Shown: piece by piece, positions 19,610 to 28,673 of the stretch
Numbering within the stretch: the first letter of the stretch is position 1
How the letters are laid out: every line of letters starts with the position of its first letter
Assembly: GCA_965217585.1 (NCBI GenBank)
Contig: OZ244561.1
Coordinates: forward strand, 1,728,001 to 1,792,000
Reading direction: 5' to 3'
Source: Candidatus Latescibacterota bacterium
GTDB taxonomy: Bacteria > Latescibacterota > UBA2968 > UBA8231
Length of the DNA stretch: 64,000 nt
The notes under the pieces: model-generated
Databases searched by the model: none
Seen by the model: only the letters and a program-made list of their open reading frames with translations
What the model was told of the DNA's origin: nothing
Made by a program: the position numbers and the translations under genes

Positions 19610-20317
19610 ATGAAAACTAAAAAATCACAAGAATCCCAAAGATTACTGGCTTCCGTAGAGGAAAAGTACAATGATCCTGGAGAACTTGAAATCCGAATAG
19701 AAGATCTGAAAATCGGTATCGGAGAGGCAGAACAAGCGTTTGTTGAAAAGTTTCCTGCAGACAGCCGTCTGTTAGACATCGGATGTGCGACAGGACGATT
19801 GTGCTTTGCACTTGCGCGGCAAGGATATAACGTCACTGGTATTGATGTCGCTAAAAAACAGATTGAACAAGCACAGCAATTTGCTGAAAAGGAACGCGTC
19901 AACGCGACATTTCTACAATATGAAATGCCGACTCTGCCTTTTCCCGCTGCCTCATTTCCCGCTGCATTTATGGGGAATGTTTACTGTTATGTCCCGCACC
20001 GCGAATCGCGAATCGCTTTTTTAGAAGAGATCGCGCGTGTGCTATATCCGAATGGCGAAGTTTTAATGTCGCAGACAGTCTTGGATTCTATACTGGAAAG
20101 TTACGAGGAGATTTACGATGACAACCATCATCAATTTGCTCCCGACTATGAGACCTTAGAAGAAGGGGATGGATTCGTGTTGGGAGCCCCACACTATTTG
20201 CACTTTTTCTTCGCTGAAGATCTCATAGCGGAACTGGAAGCATCTCCGTTTCAGATTGTCAATTCAGTTTTGAAGAAAGAGAAATTTACATGTATTTTAA
20301 GGAAGCAAAACACATGA
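19610..20317 (+). CDS. Class I SAM-dependent methyltransferase
   Basis: LLDIGCATGR, VTGIDVA, RVLYPNG; lower GC than flanks. Confidence 0.88.
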   Translation: MKTKKSQESQRLLASVEEKYNDPGELEIRIEDLKIGIGEAEQAFVEKFPADSRLLDIGCATGRLCFALARQGYNVTGIDVAKKQIEQAQQFAEKERVNATFLQYEMPTLPFPAASFPAAFMGNVYCYVPHRESRIAFLEEIARVLYPNGEVLMSQTVLDSILESYEEIYDDNHHQFAPDYETLEEGDGFVLGAPHYLHFFFAEDLIAELEASPFQIVNSVLKKEKFTCILRKQNT

Positions 20318-20371
20318 GGGCGGGCAGAGCCGTAGGCGGAGACCCGGTGAATACCCGAGGAGGGAGCCGCA

Positions 20372-21460
20372 GTGTCCGTCGACCAGCTTGACCAGGACCG
20401 CACGCGGCTGTCGGCGGTGACCGGCGCAGTCTGGCGATCCGTGCAGGTGGCGGTCGTGGTCGCCGTCGTCGTCGTACCGTTCGGCTACGCGACCACCGGC
20501 GTGCACCGCGAGGTCCTGATCGCGGCGGGTTGCGGTTTCGCCATGGGCGTCGGCCTCAGTTTGCGTATGGGCCAACGGAGCGGGAGATCGACGGGCATTC
20601 TGATCGGTTCGGCTGTCAGCATCCTCGCCGCACTCGTCGCGGGTGTCACGTCGGGCGCGTCGGGAGCCTTTTTCATGGCCCCGCCGGTGTTGGCGCCGCT
20701 GGCCCTTGGCCTGATTGACGGACTGGGTCCGTCGCGCCTCTCGGGGTATCGCGAAACGAGCATCGGGGCGTTGATGGTGGCCGCTTTGCTTGGGTTCGGA
20801 TTGTTGCCTGGGTTTGGAGTCTCTGTGTTCATCCTTCTTCTCTACGCGCCGCAGAACGCACTCATTGCGGGCTACTTCAACCGCAACTTGGAAGGCCAAC
20901 TCCATTCCCGGCCGCCGGTGTGGCTGCTCCTCGTGTTCCTCGCCGCCGTGGTCATCAACGGCGGGATCGGGGTGTGGGAGTCCGGCTGGCTGCAGACTGT
21001 CCTATTGATTCCCTTGGGGATGCTGGTTGTCCCTACTGTCATCTTCCTGTCAGCACGCGCATTCGCGATCTGGTTGCAGCCGCGCCTCAACGTATACGTG
21101 CAGCTCGTTGAGTATCTCCGCGTGATGTGGATCCCGATCGGCGGTTTCTCGGCGGGATATCTGGTGATCATTGTCGTCTTCGCGGGGTTCAGCGGCATGC
21201 TGGAGCGCTTCAGCCCCGGCTCGTTCGGCGGTGCCGCCGACGCCGGCATCGGCGACTGGCTGTCGTTCTCGTTCTTCTCGGCTCTCGCCCAGGACTACAC
21301 CGGCATCACCCCGGTTTCCGCGACGGCGCGGATCCTCGTGGGCGCTAGGTTGGTTCTGTCCGTCGGCTGGGCGTTGGTCGTCTTTGCCGCGGTGATGTCG
21401 GCCATTCAACCGCAGCTCGAGCGGATCGCACGGCGAAACACACAACTGGGCGATGAGTGA
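20372..21460 (+). CDS. Multi-pass membrane protein with C-terminal ion-channel-pore-like segment
   Basis: Many TM helices; WLSFSFFSALAQDYTGITPVSATARILV; GGGAG before GTG. Confidence 0.65.
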   Translation: MSVDQLDQDRTRLSAVTGAVWRSVQVAVVVAVVVVPFGYATTGVHREVLIAAGCGFAMGVGLSLRMGQRSGRSTGILIGSAVSILAALVAGVTSGASGAFFMAPPVLAPLALGLIDGLGPSRLSGYRETSIGALMVAALLGFGLLPGFGVSVFILLLYAPQNALIAGYFNRNLEGQLHSRPPVWLLLVFLAAVVINGGIGVWESGWLQTVLLIPLGMLVVPTVIFLSARAFAIWLQPRLNVYVQLVEYLRVMWIPIGGFSAGYLVIIVVFAGFSGMLERFSPGSFGGAADAGIGDWLSFSFFSALAQDYTGITPVSATARILVGARLVLSVGWALVVFAAVMSAIQPQLERIARRNTQLGDE

Positions 21461-21616
21461 CGCGCTTTCTCCGCGTGGCTCTGAACACGCGACGTGAGCG
21501 TGTCACGAACGATCGTCGGTCGTTGAACCAGGGGATTTTCTTGCACCAAAACGACAATCGGCTGGCCCGATCGAATCAGGCCAGCCGATACTTTCCTGCC
21601 GTCTGTCAGGAGGTAA

Positions 21617-22411
21617 TCAATCGCTTGGAGTACGCTCGAGCGTCTCCAGCCAGCGATAGCCGTAGGCCGGAACATAGGGTGACCCGGTCATACTGTCGGG
21701 AAACATGCCGAACCTCTCGACGCGCAGGCGGTAGCCGTAGTCGTGCCAGGGCTGGAAGTCCACGATCTCGCCGCGGAAGGGGGCACCGTTGACGACCTTG
21801 CAGTACCCGGGATAGCCGTCGTCGCACTCGACCCTGTGGGGATCGATGGTTATCTCCTCTTCCGTGCCCGCGGCCTTGGTTCTCGAGACGACTTCACTCA
21901 ACACGTACCGGCCATCGCCATACCTGTTGGCCGCGAGGATGTAGTGGTAGCCGGCCTCGTATTCAAAGCTAGTGATCATGTCGTCGTACGGCGCGCCGTC
22001 CACCACCAGGCAGAAGTCGTCACTCCGGGCGCATCTCACCCGCGTCGGACCCACCGACAAGGTTGCGGGGGTGGATGGTGCCGGGGTCTTCTCCAGTTGC
22101 TCCAGCAGACGGTAGGCGTATAGACCGGCGTCCTGCGGCGGTTCCTCCCCAGCCCAGGGATCGTACTTGCCGATCCGCAGGCGATAGTCGTAGCCGGCCT
22201 CGTATTCGAATTCTTCGATTCCATCGTAGAAGAACTCGCCGTCGACCACCATGCATGACTGCAGGCCCACGCCGTAGCACTTGGCCAGGGTGGGGCCGAC
22301 GGTCACCTCCCGTATCTCGAGGTACCCGGGCCCGTCCGGTTCCGTGGAACGGTCACAGCCGGCAAAGACCAAGGTCAGCAGGAAGAAGGGAGCGGAGCTT
22401 CTGGTGCGCAT
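21617..22411 (-). CDS. Lipoprotein with three DUF4377-like repeats
   Basis: Lipobox FAGC; three units (C...C.VV(D/N)G...I..F.YEAGY.Y); AAGGAGG RBS. Confidence 0.8.
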   Translation of the reverse strand: MRTRSSAPFFLLTLVFAGCDRSTEPDGPGYLEIREVTVGPTLAKCYGVGLQSCMVVDGEFFYDGIEEFEYEAGYDYRLRIGKYDPWAGEEPPQDAGLYAYRLLEQLEKTPAPSTPATLSVGPTRVRCARSDDFCLVVDGAPYDDMITSFEYEAGYHYILAANRYGDGRYVLSEVVSRTKAAGTEEEITIDPHRVECDDGYPGYCKVVNGAPFRGEIVDFQPWHDYGYRLRVERFGMFPDSMTGSPYVPAYGYRWLETLERTPSD

Positions 22412-22486
22412 TGGAGTCCTCCTTCGGTACGGCTGCCGTCGCCATCCTGCGTCCCGCGTTGGCTCGCAACACTTTCGAACTCTCAG

Positions 22487-23824
22487 CTATAGCCCCTGCA
22501 TCGCTGATTCGGGATCGAGAATTACATCAGCAGCAATCAATCGATCCTGTAGCTCGGCCATCGGCACGCCACGACTATCCACACCTGTTGCCCTTGCTAG
22601 CGCAGCGGCAGTGCCAGCAGCCTGCCCCATGCCCATCGAGTTGGCTGTGACTCGACTTGATGCTAGGGCCTCTGAAGTTGCCGAGTGACAACGACCCGCA
22701 ACCCAGAGATTCTCTACGCCCTGCGGCAGCAACGTTCTGTACGAAATATCGTACGGCGCTACGATCGGCTGATCGTGATACCCGGCTGCGTCCTCAGGAT
22801 GCCGGTCTATCCTCCACGCCCCAAGCACTACCACGTCATCCTGTCGTTTCGCAGTTCTTATATCGTCGCCGGTCAGCATGTAATCGCCGACGATTCTTCT
22901 GGATTCTCGCGATCCAGCAGTCGGACCACTGGTAAAAAAGTATGCGTCTTTGAACTCGGGTAGTGCTTCTTTCCAGAGCTCGAACATGGTCCACGCATCG
23001 CGTCGGCCCTGGATTTCTGCGTTCGTCCAGTCTTGCGGATTAGTTGCGTTTCCGGGGGTGCGAATCACATTGAAATAGATGTCTCGACCTGAGAAAGTTG
23101 CCGGCCACGGACCACCATAAAGGCCGATCTTTCCTGCGGCACGTGCCTGCTCCAGAACGGCCGCACATTTACGACGCAGCTCAAATGTAAGTTCAACAAA
23201 GCCAACTCGGAAGTGCAAGCTCATCGGCTGAAGCGACTCGGCGACCTCGTATGGACATCCTGCCCAGGCGGCGACATCGGCATCACCCGTGGCATCGATA
23301 ACGCACCTGGGTCGTATAGCGACGAGGCCGTCTTTGTTACTGACTACGACACTGTCCACCCGGTTTCCCTTCACGATCACGTCAGACACCTGTGTGTGGA
23401 AAAGCGGATTCACGCCAGACTCGACTAAAACGTCATCCGCAGCCTTCTTGAACAACTCCGGATCAGTGCGCGGAATTACGCGATCAGGATGCTTTTCGAC
23501 CTCGGTGAAATCACCGTTCACGTTGTATGAGAGCTGTCGAGCCTGCCCGGGCTCAACCACCCCCATTCGTTCGAGCATCTCAAAGACAAGTCCACCCACA
23601 ACAGGCTTACCAGTCTCTTCGTAGACGAATCCATCGAACGCCGAGCCGATGATGTTGGTAAAGAACCCACCGGCAAATCCCATGCGGTCGACTGCCATCA
23701 CAGAAGCACCGTTCCGTGCCGCGCCAACAGCCGCACCAATACCCGCCAGCCCCGTTCCGCAAACGAGAACATCTGGTTCAGCGACTACAGGAAGTGATTT
23801 TGTGTACTGGATTATGGACGTCAA
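22487..23824 (-). CDS. FAD-dependent oxidoreductase; current TTG start lies inside the IS end
   Basis: DVLVCGTGLAG, IDATGDAD, RESRRIVG, NLWVAGRC, GQAAG. Confidence 0.88.
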   Translation of the reverse strand: MTSIIQYTKSLPVVAEPDVLVCGTGLAGIGAAVGAARNGASVMAVDRMGFAGGFFTNIIGSAFDGFVYEETGKPVVGGLVFEMLERMGVVEPGQARQLSYNVNGDFTEVEKHPDRVIPRTDPELFKKAADDVLVESGVNPLFHTQVSDVIVKGNRVDSVVVSNKDGLVAIRPRCVIDATGDADVAAWAGCPYEVAESLQPMSLHFRVGFVELTFELRRKCAAVLEQARAAGKIGLYGGPWPATFSGRDIYFNVIRTPGNATNPQDWTNAEIQGRRDAWTMFELWKEALPEFKDAYFFTSGPTAGSRESRRIVGDYMLTGDDIRTAKRQDDVVVLGAWRIDRHPEDAAGYHDQPIVAPYDISYRTLLPQGVENLWVAGRCHSATSEALASSRVTANSMGMGQAAGTAAALARATGVDSRGVPMAELQDRLIAADVILDPESAMQGL

Positions 23825-25088
23825 CTACCGCTCCCTGAAGGAGGAGGCTTGTCCCTGGCTCACCCGGCCGCCGCAGCGGTAGGGAGGCCGAAACTATAGG
23901 CTCGTTGACACAGAGCCCTGGCTCGGATGTTCCGAGCCGCGTTGACATCGGCATGAGCTTGGTGTCCACACCGACGACAACAAAACCGAGATTGAGATAA
24001 GCGATTAGCCCGCTCGACATGTTCGCATTGAGAACACATCTGACTGGTATGCTTGGGAGAAACCCTCTTGACCCGCACGCCAGCGGCCTGCGCCTTGTAG
24101 GCGATAAACTGCCTCAGTTGGTCAAAAGCCCATCCCGTCATGCGGGCACGTTGAGGCTTGCGAAACCGGATGCTATCCCGGATGCCCTTGAGGTCTTCGA
24201 GGGCAATACCCCGGATAGTGTCTTTAGCCTGCTCAACGATACGCTTGGAGAGGACGTGGTTGGTATTTCTGCGGAAGTTGGCTTCTTTGAGCGCGCGCCG
24301 ATGCAGCTTCTTGCGGATGCGCTTGCGCGCCCGATGGTTCTTGGCCAGGTCAGCCGCCGATTGAAGGCGCTGGCGCAGCGTCTGGCACGTAAGGCGCACC
24401 CGCTCCACGTCGGCACCCGAGTGCCGTTGACCATCCGAGTCCGTGGCAAGGTTGGCTACGCCCAAGTCGATGCCGAGGAAGTCGTCAGGATCGACCGGCG
24501 GCGCGTCGTCGTATTCGACCGTAGCCATCAAGAACCACTTCCCATCGCGCCGACGCACCAACTCGGCATACCGCTTGACGTGGCCGAGCTGGCTGGCTTG
24601 GTAGTCGCCCATGACCATCGGCACGACGATACGACCCTGGAGCGTAGAAAGGGAGACCTCTTTGAAGTCTCTGTAGTGGAGCAGATGCCGGTCATAGGGC
24701 ATCGACGCCAGCGGGCGAAACGACACCTTTTTGCTCTTGTCGCGCTTGTAGGCCGCTGCCACTTGGGCAAAGGTCAGACAGGCCATTTGCGCGGGCAGGT
24801 CAAACTGCTGGCGCACTTTATAATAGTATAGCTTATGCAGGGCATAACGATTGGCCAGCTTGCGCTCAAAGGCTCGCTCGGCGACCCAATCACACGCGGC
24901 ATTAACGCTGCATGGTCGCTAAGAAAGCCGTGGCCTGATCGGCAGAGGGGAGCAGTTGGATTTGAATAACTCGCTTCATACAGACCAATACAGTTCGTAT
25001 GGAAAACCTTGTCAACCCGTAAAAACCAAAGGGAGAATCGGCGTTTCCTCTGTCGCCTGAAGACGACAGTCTCCACGCCAAAATTTCT
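23820..25088 (-). mobile_element. IS200/IS605-family element, tnpB only (IS1341-like), non-autonomous
   Basis: Minus-strand right end AAGCCTCCTCCTTCAGGGAGCGGTAGTTGAC ends at 23820; left-end hairpin CTGTCG..CGACAG at 25050-25069; upstream flank TTCAT; no tnpA. Confidence 0.85.
23860..24979 (-). pseudogene. tnpB: RNA-guided endonuclease TnpB, frameshifted near 24904
   Basis: ATG 24979 gives MKRVIQIQLLP...MQR then TAA; a shifted frame resumes NAACDW...; RuvC GIDLG, ALEDL, HADVNAARNI and Zn ribbon CSQC/CRRC intact. Confidence 0.88.
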
Positions 25089-25302
25089 ATGAATCGCTTA
25101 TCGTCGCCACCGAATCGTTCGGGGATGCTCAGAGTGCCGTTGTGAAGGAATTGGTGCGTTTCAGGGATCAGCCTGGTACTTCCGCCACCCGTCCTCGGTA
25201 GAGCGCTACTGCGGACGGGTGGATGCCCGAACCTGCGCCATTACCCGAGCCAGATTCCCCTTGCCTGGGAACGAGAGAATGCCGTTTATTCTTCCTATCC
25301 GC
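25089..25302 (+). repeat. ~215 bp direct repeat copy 1 (left of island)
   Basis: Aligns end to end with 40143-40355 with scattered substitutions and indels. Confidence 0.9.
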
Positions 25303-25357
25303 TCGTCCACCGTCAAAAAGCAAGCAAAGTAGAGTGAGAGAATCATCGAAGCAGGGA

Positions 25358-27325
25358 ATGAGCGTCGGCGGCGTTGACCCGTCGATTCTTCGAGAGCTGT
25401 CCGGCGTCTACAAGCCGTTCATCAAAGCATTCAAAGAACTCGTCAGCAACGCGTACGACGCCGACGCGGCCGATGTTTCAATCGAGTTTGCGGACGACTT
25501 CACGTCTGCGACCATTGCGGATGACGGCAACGGGATGAGTCCGTTTGAGTTTCGATCCGACTTCACGCGGATCGGTGGCAGTAGCCGCAAATGGTCAAAG
25601 GGAAGGACGCCGAAGAAAAAGCGAAGCCGCATTGGGAACAAGGGCATAGGCTTCCTTGCACTTGCTCGCTACTGCGATCGGATGGTCGTTACTTCGAGCA
25701 GTCCTCGTCAGTTCAAACAAACACATTCGGTCGAAAAGACGTCACCTTACATCGACATAGTCAGCGTTCTCGGAGTACCAATTGACCCGCAGTTACTCAA
25801 TAAAGTGTGCAAGTTCGAGGTAACGCGGTCTGGAAAACGGTCGAAGGTTGCTGCTACCAACTACGAGTTGAACGCGAATACTGGTCGCCTTGCCTTCAAG
25901 AAGGACTTTGGTCCGGTCGACATTGCAATTACGATCGACTGCAACAGGTTGGGTTTCCAAGCGACTCTGGACTTTGATCGCTTGCTCAAGCTTGCGGATT
26001 CTGCCGACCTCGAAAAGCTGTCCGATTTCACGTTGATCGAAGTCCGCGAGCTGCCACGGGAGTCAAAGGACGGGACAAAGGTCGCGATCGAAGGATTGAA
26101 GTCGTTTGTCAAACGCGAACTCAGAGCAGATCGCCGGAAGGGCTTCGTTCGAAATGTTGCGAGTCGCAGCGGGTTTGAACAGGTCGCGTGGCACTTGTCT
26201 CGTTGCACGCCAATCGACTACGCGACGGCACCAGATCAAGCTGAACATCTTGAAGCCCTCTTGGAGGATGCGTCGCCACCGACACTGGATAAACTGACTC
26301 TTCGACACAACAAAACGGAGAGCGCGTTGACTCGTCCTCTCTATCCGTTCGAGCCGGACGCAGCGACGCTGCACAAAGATATGATCACGGAGGTGGACAT
26401 CAACGAGGGTGGTCTTGTCGCAAAGGGGTTTCTTCTCGGCTACGAAAGCGTCGTGTTCCCAGCCGAGTATCGAGGCGTTTCGATACGCGTCCGCGGTGTC
26501 GCCATCGGCGATCCGACGTTTCTCGGTGCAGAATTCCTCCTAACGGGAGCACATAAGGCCGCATTGAGCCAGATCACTGGCGAGATAAATGTGCTGAGCG
26601 GCTTGGACGCGGTGGATGCACTCAATCCAGGTCGCGAGGATTTCTACGAAGAGAGTGGTGATTTTCTCACCCTGCGTCGGTATTTCCGTGGCGACGGTGA
26701 AAAGGTTGGCGGCTATCTCGGCAGGACGATCGACGCCGTCTTGAAACGAAGCCAAGCGAGGTCGTCACTCAACAGCACCTTGAGTCGTGCGGCGTGCATC
26801 CGGCGTGCGATGGACGATGTGTCGGCGGGGATAACACACCTGATGACCGACGGAGGAAAAGAAGCGAGAGCGATACGTGAGATGCTCAAGTCGAACAAAT
26901 CGCACTCGAACGGGTTGGTATCCGCGAAGCCGGCAGGATTTGACATTCCCAACAAAGTGGCCGGAATGGCGGTCAATCAGGCGAAACGCCAGTCGGAAGC
27001 AGCAGCAATAGACTATGAGAAAGCACAGGTGACAATCGACGTATCTCGCCCTGAATGGGATAACGGACTCGTGTTGTTCAAACGGCGGTTCGACGTCATC
27101 CACAAGAAGGGCACGGCGAGTCAACCGATTGCTGAAATCGACTTCAAGGAGGACCGAATTCTCGTCAATTGGGGCCACGCTGCAAAGTCGCAGATGGACG
27201 AGCGGGGATTCCTGCGGACTGCCCTAGCATGGGTACTGGCACGAACAGCAGCCGATGGCGACGCCGATCAGATGATGGAAATGGCCATAACGTTGTTGTC
27301 TTTCACTACGCAGCCCAATGACTAA
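25358..27325 (+). CDS. GHKL (HATPase_c, MORC-like) ATPase 1
   Basis: KELVSNAYDA, IADDGNGMS, IGNKGIGFLA, GTKV; start could be GTG 25334. Confidence 0.85.
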   Translation: MSVGGVDPSILRELSGVYKPFIKAFKELVSNAYDADAADVSIEFADDFTSATIADDGNGMSPFEFRSDFTRIGGSSRKWSKGRTPKKKRSRIGNKGIGFLALARYCDRMVVTSSSPRQFKQTHSVEKTSPYIDIVSVLGVPIDPQLLNKVCKFEVTRSGKRSKVAATNYELNANTGRLAFKKDFGPVDIAITIDCNRLGFQATLDFDRLLKLADSADLEKLSDFTLIEVRELPRESKDGTKVAIEGLKSFVKRELRADRRKGFVRNVASRSGFEQVAWHLSRCTPIDYATAPDQAEHLEALLEDASPPTLDKLTLRHNKTESALTRPLYPFEPDAATLHKDMITEVDINEGGLVAKGFLLGYESVVFPAEYRGVSIRVRGVAIGDPTFLGAEFLLTGAHKAALSQITGEINVLSGLDAVDALNPGREDFYEESGDFLTLRRYFRGDGEKVGGYLGRTIDAVLKRSQARSSLNSTLSRAACIRRAMDDVSAGITHLMTDGGKEARAIREMLKSNKSHSNGLVSAKPAGFDIPNKVAGMAVNQAKRQSEAAAIDYEKAQVTIDVSRPEWDNGLVLFKRRFDVIHKKGTASQPIAEIDFKEDRILVNWGHAAKSQMDERGFLRTALAWVLARTAADGDADQMMEMAITLLSFTTQPND

Positions 27326-28673
27326 GTCTGTCACAGGACAAACACTGCTGAAGCAGGTGCAAAAGGGTGACCGGATACTGCTGGTAAACCCACCAGTGTT
27401 CGAGACACGCTATAGCTGGCTGCGGTGGAATCAACCACTGGATCTACTCAGGGCCGGGGCGTACCTCAAGAGCAGCAAGAAGTGCAGCGTTGAGCTGTTT
27501 GACTTCATGCTACCCAACGACAAAGGCCGCGTTCAAAAGAAAGGGTTGATTGGGCGAGAGCGATACAAAGAAGTTGGTGACGGAGACTTCGCCTACACAT
27601 ATCCGATGTGGAGATTCGGAAAACCATTCGACGCACTCAATGACTGGCTGGTCGAGCGACGTGCCGGCAACAAGCGAGGCGAGCCAACTCAAGTATGGAT
27701 CACTTCGCTGTGCAGCTATTGGTACGCCAGCATTCACCAATTATGCACGAAGCTACGCCTTTGGTTGCCAGACGCGACACTGGCGGTGCTGGGCAACTAC
27801 CCACGATTTATGCTGGACAACGCAGTGGACTTCTGCGATGCCGACCTGGTCGTCAGGACGCCGCTAAATCATGCCGACGAGGGATCATCACTGAAGCTCT
27901 ACGAAGCCGAGAGACCTCCATTCATTTCGGTCCCCCTCAATCCAGCTACAGCCATCCCTGCGATCGAGGAAGCGATCGAACTCGGAGTATTTCGTGTTGC
28001 CGTATTTGATGCCGAGGACGACATTTGCCGCGACAAGGGCAAGCCACTTCGGGAGATCGTCGAGAGCACGAAGAACCTCCATCAACACCTGAGATTTCAT
28101 GCGATATCGGGAGTGCATCCCGAACGGGTCACGCCAGACTTAGCGAAGATATTCGCGGAACGAACGTTCGCGGAGCTGTACTTTGAGCAGTCCAAGGAGG
28201 AATTGGAGTTAGATGAGGCCGCATACGAGCAGTGTCGGGCCTACCTGCTGGAAGCGGGGATTGATCTTTCTGATGGAAACAAAACCTGCGGATTCGTGTG
28301 GATTGGACGCCCGGACGAAACACTGGAAGGGATCGTCCGTCGTAGTTTCACCGTTCTCAGCACGTTTGGGAGTGTCATCCTCAAGCCGTACACGGCCGTG
28401 CCAGGAACAGAGCTATACGAACGGCACAAGGATTATCTGGACGATCTTCCGTACGCTGATCTGTCTCCACACAGATTTCCGTTCGCCGAGTACAACGGAA
28501 TCACCCGGAACGAGTACCATGACCTCTACAGAATGGCGGCGTTCCTCAACGAGAAAGTACGGAACCGGTCGTTCGACTTGTTGAACGGCAGTATGGGTGC
28601 CGAGTTGCTGCGAAACAGTTTACATCGCGAGGTTTGGAATCTTGAAGCGTCCCCCCTCAGCATTATTGATTAG
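27318..28673 (+). CDS. B12-binding radical-SAM-like protein lacking CxxxCxxC
   Basis: ILLVNPP..QPLDLLR, QVWITSLCSYWY, LGNYP; collinear with the downstream paralog but has no Cys triad. Confidence 0.75.
   Translation: MTKSVTGQTLLKQVQKGDRILLVNPPVFETRYSWLRWNQPLDLLRAGAYLKSSKKCSVELFDFMLPNDKGRVQKKGLIGRERYKEVGDGDFAYTYPMWRFGKPFDALNDWLVERRAGNKRGEPTQVWITSLCSYWYASIHQLCTKLRLWLPDATLAVLGNYPRFMLDNAVDFCDADLVVRTPLNHADEGSSLKLYEAERPPFISVPLNPATAIPAIEEAIELGVFRVAVFDAEDDICRDKGKPLREIVESTKNLHQHLRFHAISGVHPERVTPDLAKIFAERTFAELYFEQSKEELELDEAAYEQCRAYLLEAGIDLSDGNKTCGFVWIGRPDETLEGIVRRSFTVLSTFGSVILKPYTAVPGTELYERHKDYLDDLPYADLSPHRFPFAEYNGITRNEYHDLYRMAAFLNEKVRNRSFDLLNGSMGAELLRNSLHREVWNLEASPLSIID

Noticed and set aside
24019-24831. 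270-aa plus-strand ORF
   Set aside because: Antisense shadow of tnpB.
25223-25333. N-terminal extension of GHKL1 in the ORF track
   Set aside because: Starts inside the non-coding direct repeat; the true start is more likely 25334 or 25358.
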